DNA from: an uncultured delta proteobacterium
Lineage (GTDB): Bacteria; Myxococcota_A; UBA9160; UBA4427
Assembly (NCBI GenBank): GCA_963822965.1
Contig: CAWGJT010000010.1
Span: 544,001 to 608,000 of the forward strand
Length of the DNA stretch: 64,000 nucleotides
Direction of reading: 5' to 3'
Translations under genes and position numbers: made by a program
Shown: piece by piece, positions 49,951-60,500 of the stretch
Layout of the letters: every line of letters starts with the position of its first letter
Position numbering within the stretch: the first letter of the stretch is position 1
The notes under the pieces: generated by a model
Database searches by the model: none
Seen by the model: only the letters and a program-made list of their open reading frames with translations
What the model was told of the DNA's origin: nothing

Positions 49951-51009
49951 TCAGGCGGCGGCGTCGCTCTCGTCGTCGTCGTCGCCGCCGAGCCGGGCCA
50001 CCAGGGCCGTGGTGGCGATGCCGGCGACCACCAGGGCGAGGGCGCCCGCGGCCTGGCCGGTGCTCGGATCGAAGCGGACCAGCTTCCAGTGCTCGATCTT
50101 GACCTGGGGCGCGCTCTCGGCAGTGACGACCTCGCCGCGGATCACGTCGCCGGGCTGCGGGGGGATCGGCTGGGAGAAGGGCCAGAGCCCGACGACGGCA
50201 CCGAAGAGCAGACCCAGCAGCGCGCCGAGGGTGGCCTTCTCGAAGCGGCCGAGCAGCCAGCGCAGCAGGTTCGAGACGCCGACGATGCCGGCCACCACGC
50301 CGATGCCCACCGGGATCACCACGTGCATCGACTCCAGGACGAGCCCGAAGTCGGGCCCACCCAGCAGCCCCTGCTTGAGGGTGTCGACGGCGCCGAGGAT
50401 GACCTCGTACTGGCCCAGCAGCAGCAGCAGGTAGCCGCCGCTCACCCCCGGCAGGATCATCGCCGAGGCGCCCGCGAGCCCCGACACGAACAGGAAGAAC
50501 GTGCTCGCGTCGGCGCCGTCCGCCTCGCCGCCCAGGCCGAGCTGCATGACGACCATGCCCGCGAACGCGAGCGCCGCGCCGACGAAGACCGCCGGCGTCA
50601 CCGGCCGTGCCAGGCGCCAGACCAGCGGTACGCCGCCCAGGGTCAGCCCGATGAAGAGGCTGTACATCACCCAGCGCTGCTCGATGACCAGGCTGCGCAT
50701 CAGCCCGGCGAGAAGCAGGATGGCCAGGGCCGCGGTGCCCGCGATCGCGCCCAGCAGCAGCAGGGAGCGGATGCGCAGGCGCAGGGTCGTCACCTCGGCG
50801 ATCGAGCGGATGAAGGCGGGATACACCCCGGCGGCCAGCAGCATGGTCCCGCCGCTGATTCCCGGCACGAGGTTCGCGAGACCCATCAGCACGCCGCCGA
50901 TGGCGCCGCGCACCCCGAGCAGCGGCAGGGGCATGGTCTCCGTCGGGTCGTGGGCGTGGGCGGGGCCGGTCTCGCTCGGCGGGCGATCTGCGGGTGCAGC
51001 GACGCTCAT
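49951..51009 (-). CDS. DUF368 family membrane protein (undecaprenyl-phosphate translocase family)
   Basis: Two repeats of MG.AN.VPGISGGT / AMILPGVSGG..LL.LG.Y; SD before ATG 51009. Confidence 0.9.
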   Translation of the reverse strand: MSVAAPADRPPSETGPAHAHDPTETMPLPLLGVRGAIGGVLMGLANLVPGISGGTMLLAAGVYPAFIRSIAEVTTLRLRIRSLLLLGAIAGTAALAILLLAGLMRSLVIEQRWVMYSLFIGLTLGGVPLVWRLARPVTPAVFVGAALAFAGMVVMQLGLGGEADGADASTFFLFVSGLAGASAMILPGVSGGYLLLLLGQYEVILGAVDTLKQGLLGGPDFGLVLESMHVVIPVGIGVVAGIVGVSNLLRWLLGRFEKATLGALLGLLFGAVVGLWPFSQPIPPQPGDVIRGEVVTAESAPQVKIEHWKLVRFDPSTGQAAGALALVVAGIATTALVARLGGDDDDESDAAA

Positions 51010-51140
51010 GACGCGGGCTCCTCCTCGTCCGCAAAGCGGCGGGATGCGAGGCTCGGGGGACGGGGGGCGGTCCCGGCGCGCGTACTCTAGCAAGGCTCGC
51101 GACGGGAGCGGCTTCTCCGGCGCCCTGCTAGAACCCCGGG

Positions 51141-51413
51141 ATGCGAGGTCGCATCCGCACCGGGCTGCTCCTCGGGATCGCAGCGCTCTACGTGCTGTCG
51201 GTGCCTTGGTATCGGGAGACCGGCGCGCCGGTCTCGCTCCTGCTGGGCCTGCCGGACTGGGTGGCCGTCGCCCTCGGCTGCTACGTGGCGGTCGCCGTGC
51301 TGAACAGCCTGGCGTGGCTGCTGACGGACATACCGGACGAGCACCCGGAACCCGGGGGCGCTGCGGAGGGGCCGGCCCGGCGCTCCCCGCGCGACGAGGC
51401 GCCGGGGCCGTGA
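51141..51413 (+). CDS. Small 2-TM partner protein of a sodium:solute symporter (DUF3311/DUF997-like)
   Basis: Two TM helices with PWY and LGLPDW; overlaps the symporter start. Confidence 0.7.
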   Translation: MRGRIRTGLLLGIAALYVLSVPWYRETGAPVSLLLGLPDWVAVALGCYVAVAVLNSLAWLLTDIPDEHPEPGGAAEGPARRSPRDEAPGP

Positions 51414-52879
51414 GCTTCGGCCAGCTCGGGATCGTCGCCCTCGGCGTGTACCTGGTCGTCCTCGCCGGGGTGGCCGAGGTCGCCCGCCGTGCGCGCGCAG
51501 ACGACTCGCCGAGCGATCACTTCCTGGCCGGCCGTCACCTCGGCACCTTCGTCCTCTTCCTCACGCTCTACGCCACGGCGTACAGTGGCAACTCCCTGCT
51601 GGGCTACCCGGGGCGCGCCTACCGCAGCGGGTTCTCGTTCATCATGGCGACCGGCTTCATGATGGCGATCATCGTCGTGTTCCACGTGCTGGCACCGCGC
51701 CTGCGCGCCGCCGCGGTGGCCGGCGACTTCGTCACGCCGGGCGACTGGGTGCGCGCGCGCTTCGTCGCGGGTGCCGGGCGGGACTCCGTGGCGGGTCGCG
51801 TGCTGGTCGTCGCCGTGGGGGCTCTCATGACCATCGCCCTCGCCAACTTCCTGCTCGCCCAGCTCAAGGCCATGGGGCTCGTGGCTTCCCAGGTGACGGG
51901 CGACGCCGTCTCCTTCGAGGTGGGCGTTATCGGTCTCGCACTGGTGATCCTCGGCTACGAGACGCTCGGCGGGATGCGCGCCGTGGCCTGGACCGACGCC
52001 GCGCAGGGTGTGCTGATGCTCCTCGGGCTCGCGACCCTGCTGGGTTGGATCCTGGCGGAGGCGGGCGGCCTCGGGGGCGTCACCCGTTCGGTCGCGGCGG
52101 CGCGGCCCACGGCAGTGGCGGTGCCGGACGCCGCCACCTGCGCGAACTGGTTCAGTACCGTCGCGTTGCTCGGCCTGGCCAGCGTCATCTACCCCCAGGC
52201 GATCCAGCGCATCTACGCCGCGGAGAGCGGGCGCGCCCTGAAGCGCTCCTTCGCGGCCATGACCTTCATGCCCCTGGCGACGACGTTCGTCGTCACCCTG
52301 ATCGGCGTGGCCGCCATCGCCCGCATCGACCCGGCGAGTGGCATCGACTCGGACGCCGTGATGCCGGCGCTGCTGGCCGAGTGGGCCGAGCACAGCGCCT
52401 GGAGCGCGGCGGGCGCGGTCATCGTCTTCCTCGGTGCCCTGGCGGCGATCATGTCCACGGCCGACTCGTGCCTGCTCTCCCTGGGCGCGCTGGTGGCGCA
52501 GGACCTGCTGGGCCTGCCCGGCGACGAGGATCGCACGACCCGCATCGGCAAGGGGATCGCCGCGGGCCTGCTGCTGGCGATGATTCCCCTGGCGCTGCAG
52601 CGCGACGTCACCCTCTGGAGGCTCATCGAGCTGAAGATGGAGCTGCTCATCCAGTGCGTGCCGGCATTCCTGGTGGCGATCCACTGGCGGCGGCTGGAAG
52701 CGTCGTCCACCCTCGCCGGCCTCGTGGTCGGGACGGTGTTCGCCGCGGGTCTCACCCTGGCGGACGTTCCCCGCCTGGGAGGTGTCCACGTGGGCATCGT
52801 CGGTCTGGGGCTGAACCTCGTCGTGGCGGTCGGGGGCTCGTTCGCACGTTCCACCGCGTTGGAGCCGGGGCTGCGGTAA
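51410..52879 (+). CDS. Sodium:solute symporter family protein (PanF/PutP-like)
   Basis: FLAGR.LG, AT.YSG.S..G.PG.AY, GGMRAVAWTD..QG and AAIMSTADS.LL. Confidence 0.92.
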   Translation: MSFGQLGIVALGVYLVVLAGVAEVARRARADDSPSDHFLAGRHLGTFVLFLTLYATAYSGNSLLGYPGRAYRSGFSFIMATGFMMAIIVVFHVLAPRLRAAAVAGDFVTPGDWVRARFVAGAGRDSVAGRVLVVAVGALMTIALANFLLAQLKAMGLVASQVTGDAVSFEVGVIGLALVILGYETLGGMRAVAWTDAAQGVLMLLGLATLLGWILAEAGGLGGVTRSVAAARPTAVAVPDAATCANWFSTVALLGLASVIYPQAIQRIYAAESGRALKRSFAAMTFMPLATTFVVTLIGVAAIARIDPASGIDSDAVMPALLAEWAEHSAWSAAGAVIVFLGALAAIMSTADSCLLSLGALVAQDLLGLPGDEDRTTRIGKGIAAGLLLAMIPLALQRDVTLWRLIELKMELLIQCVPAFLVAIHWRRLEASSTLAGLVVGTVFAAGLTLADVPRLGGVHVGIVGLGLNLVVAVGGSFARSTALEPGLR

Positions 52880-52893
52880 GCTCGGCGGCCGTC

Positions 52894-55002
52894 ATGGGGG
52901 AAGCTTCCGAGAATCCGCTGCTCGACATCCGCGGCATTCCGGCCTGGGATCGCATCCGGCCGGAGCACGTGGAGCCCGCCGTGCGTTCGCTGCTCGCGGG
53001 GCTGGCGGGCGAGCTTTCGGGGCTGGAGGCGTCCCTCGAGGCGGTGCGCGAGCCCGGCTGGGACGACATCGTCCCGCCCCTCGAACGGCTCGGCGATGGC
53101 CTCGAACGACCGTGGTCCGCCGTCCGCCACCTGATGGGGGTGCGCAACAGCGAGCCCCTGCGAAAGGCCCACGAGGCCGTGCAGGGCGAGGTCGTCGCCT
53201 TCGGGCTGCGGGTCGCCCAGAGCCCGGCGCTCTACGCCGCCCTCGAAGCGCTGGAAGCCGGCCCGGGCTTCGCGCGGCTCGAGCCCTGGCAGCAGCGCAT
53301 CGTGCGCAATCTGATCCGCGACGCGCGGCACGCCGGCGTGGGCCTTCGGGGTGCGGAGCGCGAGCGCTTCAACGCGATCCAGGGGGAGCTCGCCGCCCTT
53401 GCGACGCGCTTCACGAACCACGTACTGGACGCCACGCGGGCCTTCGCGCTCACCCTGCGCGATCCGGCGGAGGTGGCCGGCCTGCCGGATAGCGCCCGCC
53501 GCCTGGCGGCCCAGTCCGCCCGGGCCGCCGACGAGGAAGGCGCCAGCGCGGAGGCCGGCCCGTGGCGCATCACCCTGGACCTGCCGAGCTTCGTTCCCTT
53601 CATGGAGAACGCCCGGCGCCGCGACCTGCGCGAGGCGCTCTACCGCGCCTACGTCACCCGCGCAAGCGAGGGCGACCTCGACAATGCGCCGCTGATCGCC
53701 CGCATCCTGGCGCTGCGGCGCGAGATGGCCGAGCTCCTGGGCTATCGCAGCTACGCGGAGCTGAGCCTGTCCTCGAAGATGGCCGGCGACGTGGGATCCG
53801 TCCGGCGCCTCCTCGAGCAGCTGCGGGACGCCTCGTGGGAGGCGGCCCGCCGGGAGCTGGACGAGCTGGCGGCCTTCGCGAAGGTGCATCCCGAGGTTCC
53901 GCAGCCCGAGCCGCTGGCGCTCTGGGACGTCTCGTTCTGGGCCGAGCGGCTGCGCGAGGAGCGCTTCGCCTACAGCGAGGAGGAGCTGCGTCCGTGGTTC
54001 CCCCTGCCGGTGGTCCTCGACGGGCTCTTCGACCTGGCGGCGCGGCTCTTCGGCGTGCGGGTCGAGGAGGCCGACGGACAGGCGCCCGTCTGGAACCCGG
54101 ACGTGCGTTACTTCACGGTACGCGGGGAGAAGGGCGAGCCGGTCGCCAGCTTCTTCCTCGACGCCTACAGCCGCCCGGGCGAGAAGAACGGCGGCGCCTG
54201 GATGGACGAGTGCGTGGTGCGCAGCAAGCTGCTGGCGGCTCCCGGCGAGGCGTGCCGCCTGCCCGTCGCCCACGTGGTCTGCAACCAGTCGCCGCCCGTG
54301 GACGACCGGCCCTCGTGCATGAGCTTCCACGAGGTGGAGACGCTCTTCCACGAGTTCGGCCACGCCCTGCAGCACATGCTGACGCGGGTGGACACGGGGC
54401 TCGCCTCGGGCATTCGCAACGTGGAGTGGGACGCCGTGGAGCTTCCCAGCCAGTTCATGGAGAACTGGTGCTACGACCGCGACACGGTGCGACGCATCAG
54501 CGCCCACGTGGAGACCGGCGAGCCGCTCCCCGACGAGCTCTTCGCGAAGCTCGAGGCGGCCCGCACCTATCGAGCCGGCAGCGACATGCTGCGGCAGCTC
54601 TACTTCGCGTTCACCGATCTGGCCCTGTACGACGACTTCGATCCCGCGGGCGACGAGTCGGCCTTCGACGTGCAGCGGCGGGTCGCCGCGCGGACGACGG
54701 TCCTGCCACCCCTGCCCGAGGACCGCTTCCTGTGCAGCTTCTCCCACATCTTCGCGGGCGGCTACGCGGCGGGCTACTACAGCTACAAATGGGCGGAGGT
54801 GCTCTCTGCAGATGCCTTCGGCGCCTTCGAAGAGGTGGGGCTCGACGACGCGGCGGGCGTGGCGGCGACGGGACGGCGCTATCGCGAGACCGTGCTGGCG
54901 CTCGGGGGCAGCGTGCATCCCATGGAGGTGTTCCAGCGCTTCCGGGGGCGCGAGCCGAGTCCCGAGGCGTTGCTGCGGCACGCCGGGCTGGAAGGCCGCT
55001 GA
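52894..55002 (+). CDS. prlC: Oligopeptidase A (M3A metallopeptidase)
   Basis: NPLL, K.GGAWM, zinc motif TLFHEFGHALQH, EWDAVELPSQFMENW and GYAAGYYSYKWAEVL. Confidence 0.95.
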   Translation: MGEASENPLLDIRGIPAWDRIRPEHVEPAVRSLLAGLAGELSGLEASLEAVREPGWDDIVPPLERLGDGLERPWSAVRHLMGVRNSEPLRKAHEAVQGEVVAFGLRVAQSPALYAALEALEAGPGFARLEPWQQRIVRNLIRDARHAGVGLRGAERERFNAIQGELAALATRFTNHVLDATRAFALTLRDPAEVAGLPDSARRLAAQSARAADEEGASAEAGPWRITLDLPSFVPFMENARRRDLREALYRAYVTRASEGDLDNAPLIARILALRREMAELLGYRSYAELSLSSKMAGDVGSVRRLLEQLRDASWEAARRELDELAAFAKVHPEVPQPEPLALWDVSFWAERLREERFAYSEEELRPWFPLPVVLDGLFDLAARLFGVRVEEADGQAPVWNPDVRYFTVRGEKGEPVASFFLDAYSRPGEKNGGAWMDECVVRSKLLAAPGEACRLPVAHVVCNQSPPVDDRPSCMSFHEVETLFHEFGHALQHMLTRVDTGLASGIRNVEWDAVELPSQFMENWCYDRDTVRRISAHVETGEPLPDELFAKLEAARTYRAGSDMLRQLYFAFTDLALYDDFDPAGDESAFDVQRRVAARTTVLPPLPEDRFLCSFSHIFAGGYAAGYYSYKWAEVLSADAFGAFEEVGLDDAAGVAATGRRYRETVLALGGSVHPMEVFQRFRGREPSPEALLRHAGLEGR

Positions 55003-55004
55003 GC

Positions 55005-55349
55005 GTGGCCCGGCGTTCCGAGTCGGATCGCTACGCACGCATCTACCGGGTGGTGCGGCGGATCCCGCGCGGCCGGGTCGCCACCTACGGGCAGGTGGCG
55101 GTGCTCGCAGGGCTTCCGGGCTGCGCGCGGCAGGTGGGCTACGCGTTGTACGCGCTCTCGGCAGACGACGGCGTGCCGTGGCAGCGAGTGGTGAACGCCC
55201 GGGGCGAGATCAGCCGTCGGTCGGAGTCGGGCAGCGAGCCCGTCCAGCAGCGGATGCTCGAGGCGGAGGGCGTTCGCTTCGACGCCCGAGGCCGTCTCGA
55301 TCTGGTACGGGTGCAGTGGCGGCCTCGCCCGCGGAAGCCCGGGAGGTGA
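55005..55349 (+). CDS. Alkyltransferase-like (ATL/YbaZ-type) DNA-binding protein
   Basis: IPRGRVATYGQVA, ARQVG and VPWQRVVN (Trp in place of the MGMT active-site Cys). Confidence 0.88.
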   Translation: MARRSESDRYARIYRVVRRIPRGRVATYGQVAVLAGLPGCARQVGYALYALSADDGVPWQRVVNARGEISRRSESGSEPVQQRMLEAEGVRFDARGRLDLVRVQWRPRPRKPGR

Positions 55350-55353
55350 GAGC

Positions 55354-55602
55354 GTGAGCGCGGACATGGTCCGGCTGGCCATCGACTTCGAGAATCCCGC
55401 GAGCGAGTGGTGGGAGAACGGCGGGCGCGATCTGTGGGAGAGCGTCGTCGAGGGCTTCGACAACAACGCGGTCGTGCTCGACCGCTCGTTGGCGGAGTCC
55501 TGGCTCGCCCAGGCGGCGCAGGTTCCGGGCTGGGAGGGGGGACCCGACCACTCGCCGCACCCGATCCGTCTCGCGGAAGTCGACGAAGACGAGCTGCTTT
55601 GA
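55354..55602 (+). CDS. Hypothetical small acidic Trp-rich protein
   Basis: 82 aa, GC-rich third codon positions, SD-like GGAGG, stop overlaps the next start. Confidence 0.7.
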   Translation: MSADMVRLAIDFENPASEWWENGGRDLWESVVEGFDNNAVVLDRSLAESWLAQAAQVPGWEGGPDHSPHPIRLAEVDEDELL

Positions 55603-57026
55603 TCCCGCCGGGCGGCCCGACACCGCGGCTTCCCGGCGACAGCCCCATCCTCGAGATCGCCCGGGCCTGCGCGCGCGCCGGCGGTCGCGCCCTGGTGGTG
55701 GGCGGCTGGGTGCGCGACCAGCTGCTCGGCCGCCGCGATGTCTCCGCCGACATCGATCTCGAGGTGCAGGGGCTGGCACCGGAGGCCCTCGAGGCGGTGC
55801 TCGCCCGCTTCGGCGCCGTGCGCCGCGTGGGCCGGGCCTTCCCGGTCTACCTGGTTCCCGGACTCCCGATCGACGTCTGCCTACCCCGCACCGGTGCGCC
55901 CGGCGAGGACGGCAGCCCACCGGGCTTCGATCCACGGCTCGACTTCGCCGAGGCCGCCCGGGGCCGCGACCTGCGGGTGAACGCCATGGCCTGGGACCCG
56001 CTCACGGGCGAGCTGCTCGACCCCCACGGCGGCCGGCGCGACCTCGCCGACGGGATGCTGCACGAGACCGACGCGGAGCGGTTCGGAACCGATCCCCTGC
56101 GCGGACTGCGCACGGCACAGCTCGCCGCGCGACTCGAGATGGAGGTCTCCCCCGGGCTTCGGGCGCTGTGTGCGGCGACGGATCTCGGCCGGGTGGCTCC
56201 GGAGCGGATCTTCGGCGAGCTGCGCCGACTGCTGCTGCTGGCGCCGCGGCCGTCCCGGGGCTTCGCGCTGCTCGAGGAGACGAAGCTGCTGCGCTTCCTT
56301 CCCGAGCTGGCGGCCCTGGTGGGCTGCCCGCAGGACCCCCGCTGGCACCCGGAAGGCGACGTGTTCGTACACACGCTGCTCGTCGTCGACATCGCGGCGA
56401 CCTCGCGCCGGGGCGGTGTCGGGGACGACGCCCGCGACCTGCTGCTGATGCTCGGTGCCCTCTGCCATGACCTCGGCAAGCCCGCGACCACCGAGGAGAT
56501 CGAGGGTCGCATCGTCTCTCGCGGCCACTGCGAGGCGGGCGTTCCCGCGACGACCGCCCTGCTGGAGCGCCTGCGGGCTCCCCACGCGTTGGTGCGCGGC
56601 GTGTCGGCGTTGGTGCTCCACCACCTGGCGCCGGCCCAGCTCACGCGGCAGGAGCCCTCGGGCGCCGTGGCGGGAGCGCGCGCCTATCGCCGGCTGCTCC
56701 GGAAGCTGCGGAACGCCGGTGTCGACCTCGATCTGCTGTACGCGGTCGCGCGGGCCGACCACCTGGGTCGGACGACCGAGGACGCGCGGCGCGGCGTGTT
56801 CCCCGCCGGCGACGTCTTCCTCGAGCGGGCGCGCGCGGTGGAGCACGAGCCCGGCGTGCACGAGGCCGTGGTCAAGGGGCGCCACCTGATGGCCCACGGC
56901 GTGCCCCCGGGCCCCGGGATGGGACGCCTGCTCGACCGCTGCCGCCAGATCCAGGACGAGACGGGCTCGAGCGACCCGGACGAGATCGTCGCCCGGGTGC
57001 TCGAGGAGGCCGCGCCCGGCGCCTGA
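55599..57026 (+). CDS. Class II tRNA nucleotidyltransferase with HD domain (CC-adding-like)
   Basis: VGGWVRD..DID, RGRDLRVNAMA, DPHGG..DL, TDPLR, PERI..E, WHPEGDV..HT and HDLGKP. Confidence 0.85.
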   Translation: MIPPGGPTPRLPGDSPILEIARACARAGGRALVVGGWVRDQLLGRRDVSADIDLEVQGLAPEALEAVLARFGAVRRVGRAFPVYLVPGLPIDVCLPRTGAPGEDGSPPGFDPRLDFAEAARGRDLRVNAMAWDPLTGELLDPHGGRRDLADGMLHETDAERFGTDPLRGLRTAQLAARLEMEVSPGLRALCAATDLGRVAPERIFGELRRLLLLAPRPSRGFALLEETKLLRFLPELAALVGCPQDPRWHPEGDVFVHTLLVVDIAATSRRGGVGDDARDLLLMLGALCHDLGKPATTEEIEGRIVSRGHCEAGVPATTALLERLRAPHALVRGVSALVLHHLAPAQLTRQEPSGAVAGARAYRRLLRKLRNAGVDLDLLYAVARADHLGRTTEDARRGVFPAGDVFLERARAVEHEPGVHEAVVKGRHLMAHGVPPGPGMGRLLDRCRQIQDETGSSDPDEIVARVLEEAAPGA

Positions 57027-57042
57027 TGGCGCCGAAGCCGCT

Positions 57043-57519
57043 TCAGGGCAGCAGTCGCGAGCGCTCGTCGGGCGACGGGACGGGGCAGTACTCGACGCGT
57101 CCGAAGAGCCGATAGCGGCTCGCCGCAAAGGCGCGGTAGGCGAGGTCGGCGAGCGCCGTGGGCAGCACGCGCAGCACGGCGAGCCAGCGCCAGGGCCGGT
57201 CCATCTCGGCAAAGAGCGCGAAGACCCCCGCCGAGCGCAGCAGGATCTCGGGCTCCCCCGTGCCGGGCGCGGGACGTAGATACACGAACGTGTCGAGGTC
57301 CGTCGGGAACCGCTCCGGGAAGCGGGCGCGCACCCGGGCCGCCGTGTCGCCCTGGAGCGGTGCGAATCGCAGCCGGGCCTCCGGGTCGTGCGCGATCAGC
57401 CAGCGCACCGCGCCGTCGCAGAACCCGCAGACCCCGTCGAAGAAGACGATGCGCGAGGGCAGGGGGGCCGGCTCGGGGCTCGCCGCAGTCGCCGGAGCCT
57501 CGGAAGACGACGTGGCCAT
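57043..57519 (-). CDS. DCC1-like thiol-disulfide oxidoreductase (DUF393)
   Basis: FFDGVCGFC, LRFAPLQ and D..YR..A..RYRLFG. Confidence 0.9.
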   Translation of the reverse strand: MATSSSEAPATAASPEPAPLPSRIVFFDGVCGFCDGAVRWLIAHDPEARLRFAPLQGDTAARVRARFPERFPTDLDTFVYLRPAPGTGEPEILLRSAGVFALFAEMDRPWRWLAVLRVLPTALADLAYRAFAASRYRLFGRVEYCPVPSPDERSRLLP

Positions 57520-57589
57520 GCGCCGAGGGTAGCAGGGCGCCGAAGCGCCCACTCGCACCGCGCCCGCGAGCCGGCCGACGTCTGCCGGC

Positions 57590-60500
57590 TCACGCCACCA
57601 GATCGCCCATCTCGCGAAGCTGCGCGACCACGTCCTCGGGCAGGGTGGGCGGCGGCTTGCCCACCGCGTAGCAGCCGAGGATGACCTCGGCGCTGCGCTC
57701 GATGATCTCGACCATGTCGGCGGCCCGGCGCAGGCTGCGCCCCGCCACGACGATGCCGTGGTTGACGAGCAGCACGGCCCAGCCCGTCCCCATCGCGGTC
57801 GCCACCGCCTCGGCCAGGGCCGGGGTGCCGGGCATCAGGAACGGGACGCGGGGGATGTCGCCGAAGAACGCGGCCTCGGTGGAGATGGGCAGGAACGGCA
57901 GGCCGCTGTTGGCCAGGATGGTGGCGTGGGGGGCGTGGGCGTGGATCACCGCCTTCGCCTCCGGCCGGGCCTTCAACACCGCACAGTGCATGTCCCACTC
58001 GCTCGACGGAGAGCGGGCGCCGACGTCCAGGGCCCGTCCGTCGAGGTCGATGCGCACCAGCACCTCCGGCCGGAGGTCGCCCTTGAAGAGCTGGCTCGGG
58101 GTGATCCAGAGGGCCTCCTCTCCGGGAATGCGCGCGCTCACGTTGCCGCCGGTCGCGGTGATGACCTGGGCTTCGTAGAGCTCGCGCACGACGGCGACGA
58201 GATCCTGTCGCAGATCTCCCGCCGCCACCGCCGGTGCGCCGGGGGCGACCGCGGACGCGCCGAGGTCGCCCGGGGAGCCCACCGCGGCGCGCGCGGCCTG
58301 GTAGAGGCGTTGCAGGTCGTCCTGCAGGTGTTGCAGAGTCATGGCCTTGGCGGCGTCGCCGGTGAACGCGAGCCGGCCCTCCATGGCCGCCTCCATGGGA
58401 TTCGCGCGGCCCGTGAACATGCCGTCGAGCACGTCGGCGCGCATGCGCAGGTTCACGTCGGCATTCTCGCGCGGTGCGCCGAGAGACCCCGTCACGCGGC
58501 CGTCCGCGAGTCGGAAGTGGAAGCCGCAGTCCGCGTCCTCGAGGGTGAAGTGCAGGGTCACGTCCCGACCCCGGGAGAAGACGCGCATGGCCTCGTCGGC
58601 GACGATGCCCTCGACGAAGTCTGCGGCGATCCGCGCCATCGCCTCGCGGGTGGCCGCGGGCAGGAGGACGGGACTCGGCGGAGCCTGGGCGTCGGGGGGC
58701 ACGCTCGTGGTGCCGGTCGGCTCGACCGAGGCGCTCTGCTTCGGCTCGTTCGACTCGTTCGACTGTTTCGGCTTCGGCTTCCGATCCTGCTTCTGCTTCT
58801 TCTGGAGGTCCGACACGGCGGGGGCCGGTCCCTGCTTCAGGCGCGCCAGCTCATCGGGCGGGGGCGTCGGGCGCGGTCCGTGCCAGTCGAAGCCGGCGAG
58901 TGTCTCCGGGTTCACCGTGAAGCGCGGCTTCTCGCCCCTCACCAGGGCGGACAGCTCTTCGACCACGATCTCGCCCTGGTGGGCGGCCACGTCTGCGGTG
59001 TTGCCGCCCACGTGGGGTGTCGCGATCACGTTCGGCAGGGCCAGCAGCGGATGATCCGAGCCCGGCGGCTCGACCGCGAAGGTGTCGAGGGCGGCGCCGG
59101 CGATGCGCCCCGCCGCCAGCGCCTCGACGAGGGCGTCCTCGTCGAGCAGGGCGGCTCGTGCCGTATTCACGAGACACGCGCCGGGCTTCATGCAGTCGAG
59201 CTCGGCGGCGCCCAGCAGCCCCGTGGTCTCGGGCGTCACCGCGGCGTGCAGGCTCACGAAGTCGCTCTCCCGCAAGAGCGTCACGAGGGGCACCGCTCCC
59301 ACGCCCGCGGCGGCCGCTCGCTCCGGGGACACGTAGGGATCGGTCACCAGCACCCGGGTGCCGAACGGTCGCAGGCGGGCCGCGACCTTGGCGCCCACGG
59401 CGCCGAACCCCACCAGCCCCACGGTCTTGTGCCACAGCTCGCGGCCCCGGAAGCGTCCGAAGGCCTGGCCCATACGCCCCATGTCGCCCGCCGCGATGCC
59501 CGGCTCGTGCAGGAACGCCGTTGCCTCGGGCAGCTTGCGCGCCAGCATCAGCAGGAAGGCGAGGGTGAGGTCGGCCACGGCGTCCGCGTTGCGTCCGGGC
59601 GTGCGCAGCATGGGGATTCCGAAGGCCGTACACGCGTCCGCGTCGACGTTCACGGCGTCGCCGCGGCAGGACACTATCACGCGCAGCTCGGGTAGCTGCT
59701 CGAGGGCTGCGGCGTCCACGAGGTCGATCTCGGTGACGAAGACGTTCACCCCCTGCAGCGCCTTCACGAGGCTCGGCCCCGTCAGCATGCGTCGTGCGTC
59801 GCGGTAGCTCGCGTGCTCGACCTCGCCCAGGCGCGCGAGCGCGGACAGCGATCGCTCGTCGCAGTCCGACGTGACCAGGATGCGCGGGCGGAAGCGTTCG
59901 CCGTCGCGGGCGGCGCCCGAAGACCAGGCCGACAGGGCGAACGGGGTCGCCATGCGCGCCGCGCTGTCGTCGGCGTTGCGGCGCTCCGTGCGCAGCTCGC
60001 TCCAGCGCCGGTACAGGTCCTGGCCGGCCTCGACGGCCGCGCGGTCGGGCTCGACGCGTCGCGCGCCGGCCGACCCGGCGAGGGCCACCTCCGAGAGATC
60101 TCGATCCTGCGCGCCCGCGGCGGCGCAGAGGGCGGCGCCCAGGGCCGTGGCCTCGGGCCGGGCCACGCTCACGGGCTCACCCAGCACGTCCGCCAGCACC
60201 TGGGCGAACAACGCGCTGCGGGACAGTCCGCCTGCCAGCCGCACGTCGGTTCCCGCGGCCGAGGGGCTCGCGTGCGCGATGGCGCGCGCCTGCTCGAGGT
60301 TCGCCCGCAGGCCGCACGCGACGCCCTCGACCAGGGCCCGCGCCACGTGGCTTCGCGGGGCCGGGTCACCGGGGGTGGTCATGTGACTGAGAGTGAGGTT
60401 GCCCACCGGCAGGCGCGGCTCGCGCGCGTTCATCAGCTCGACGCCCAGGCTCGACAGGAGGCCGCGGGCGCCGGGCGAGGAGGAGGCGGCTTCCCCGAGC

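Noticed and set aside
55005..55349. Active O6-methylguanine-DNA methyltransferase
   Set aside because: PWQR replaces the PCHR active site, so it is a non-catalytic ATL protein; this is a known family, not novel.
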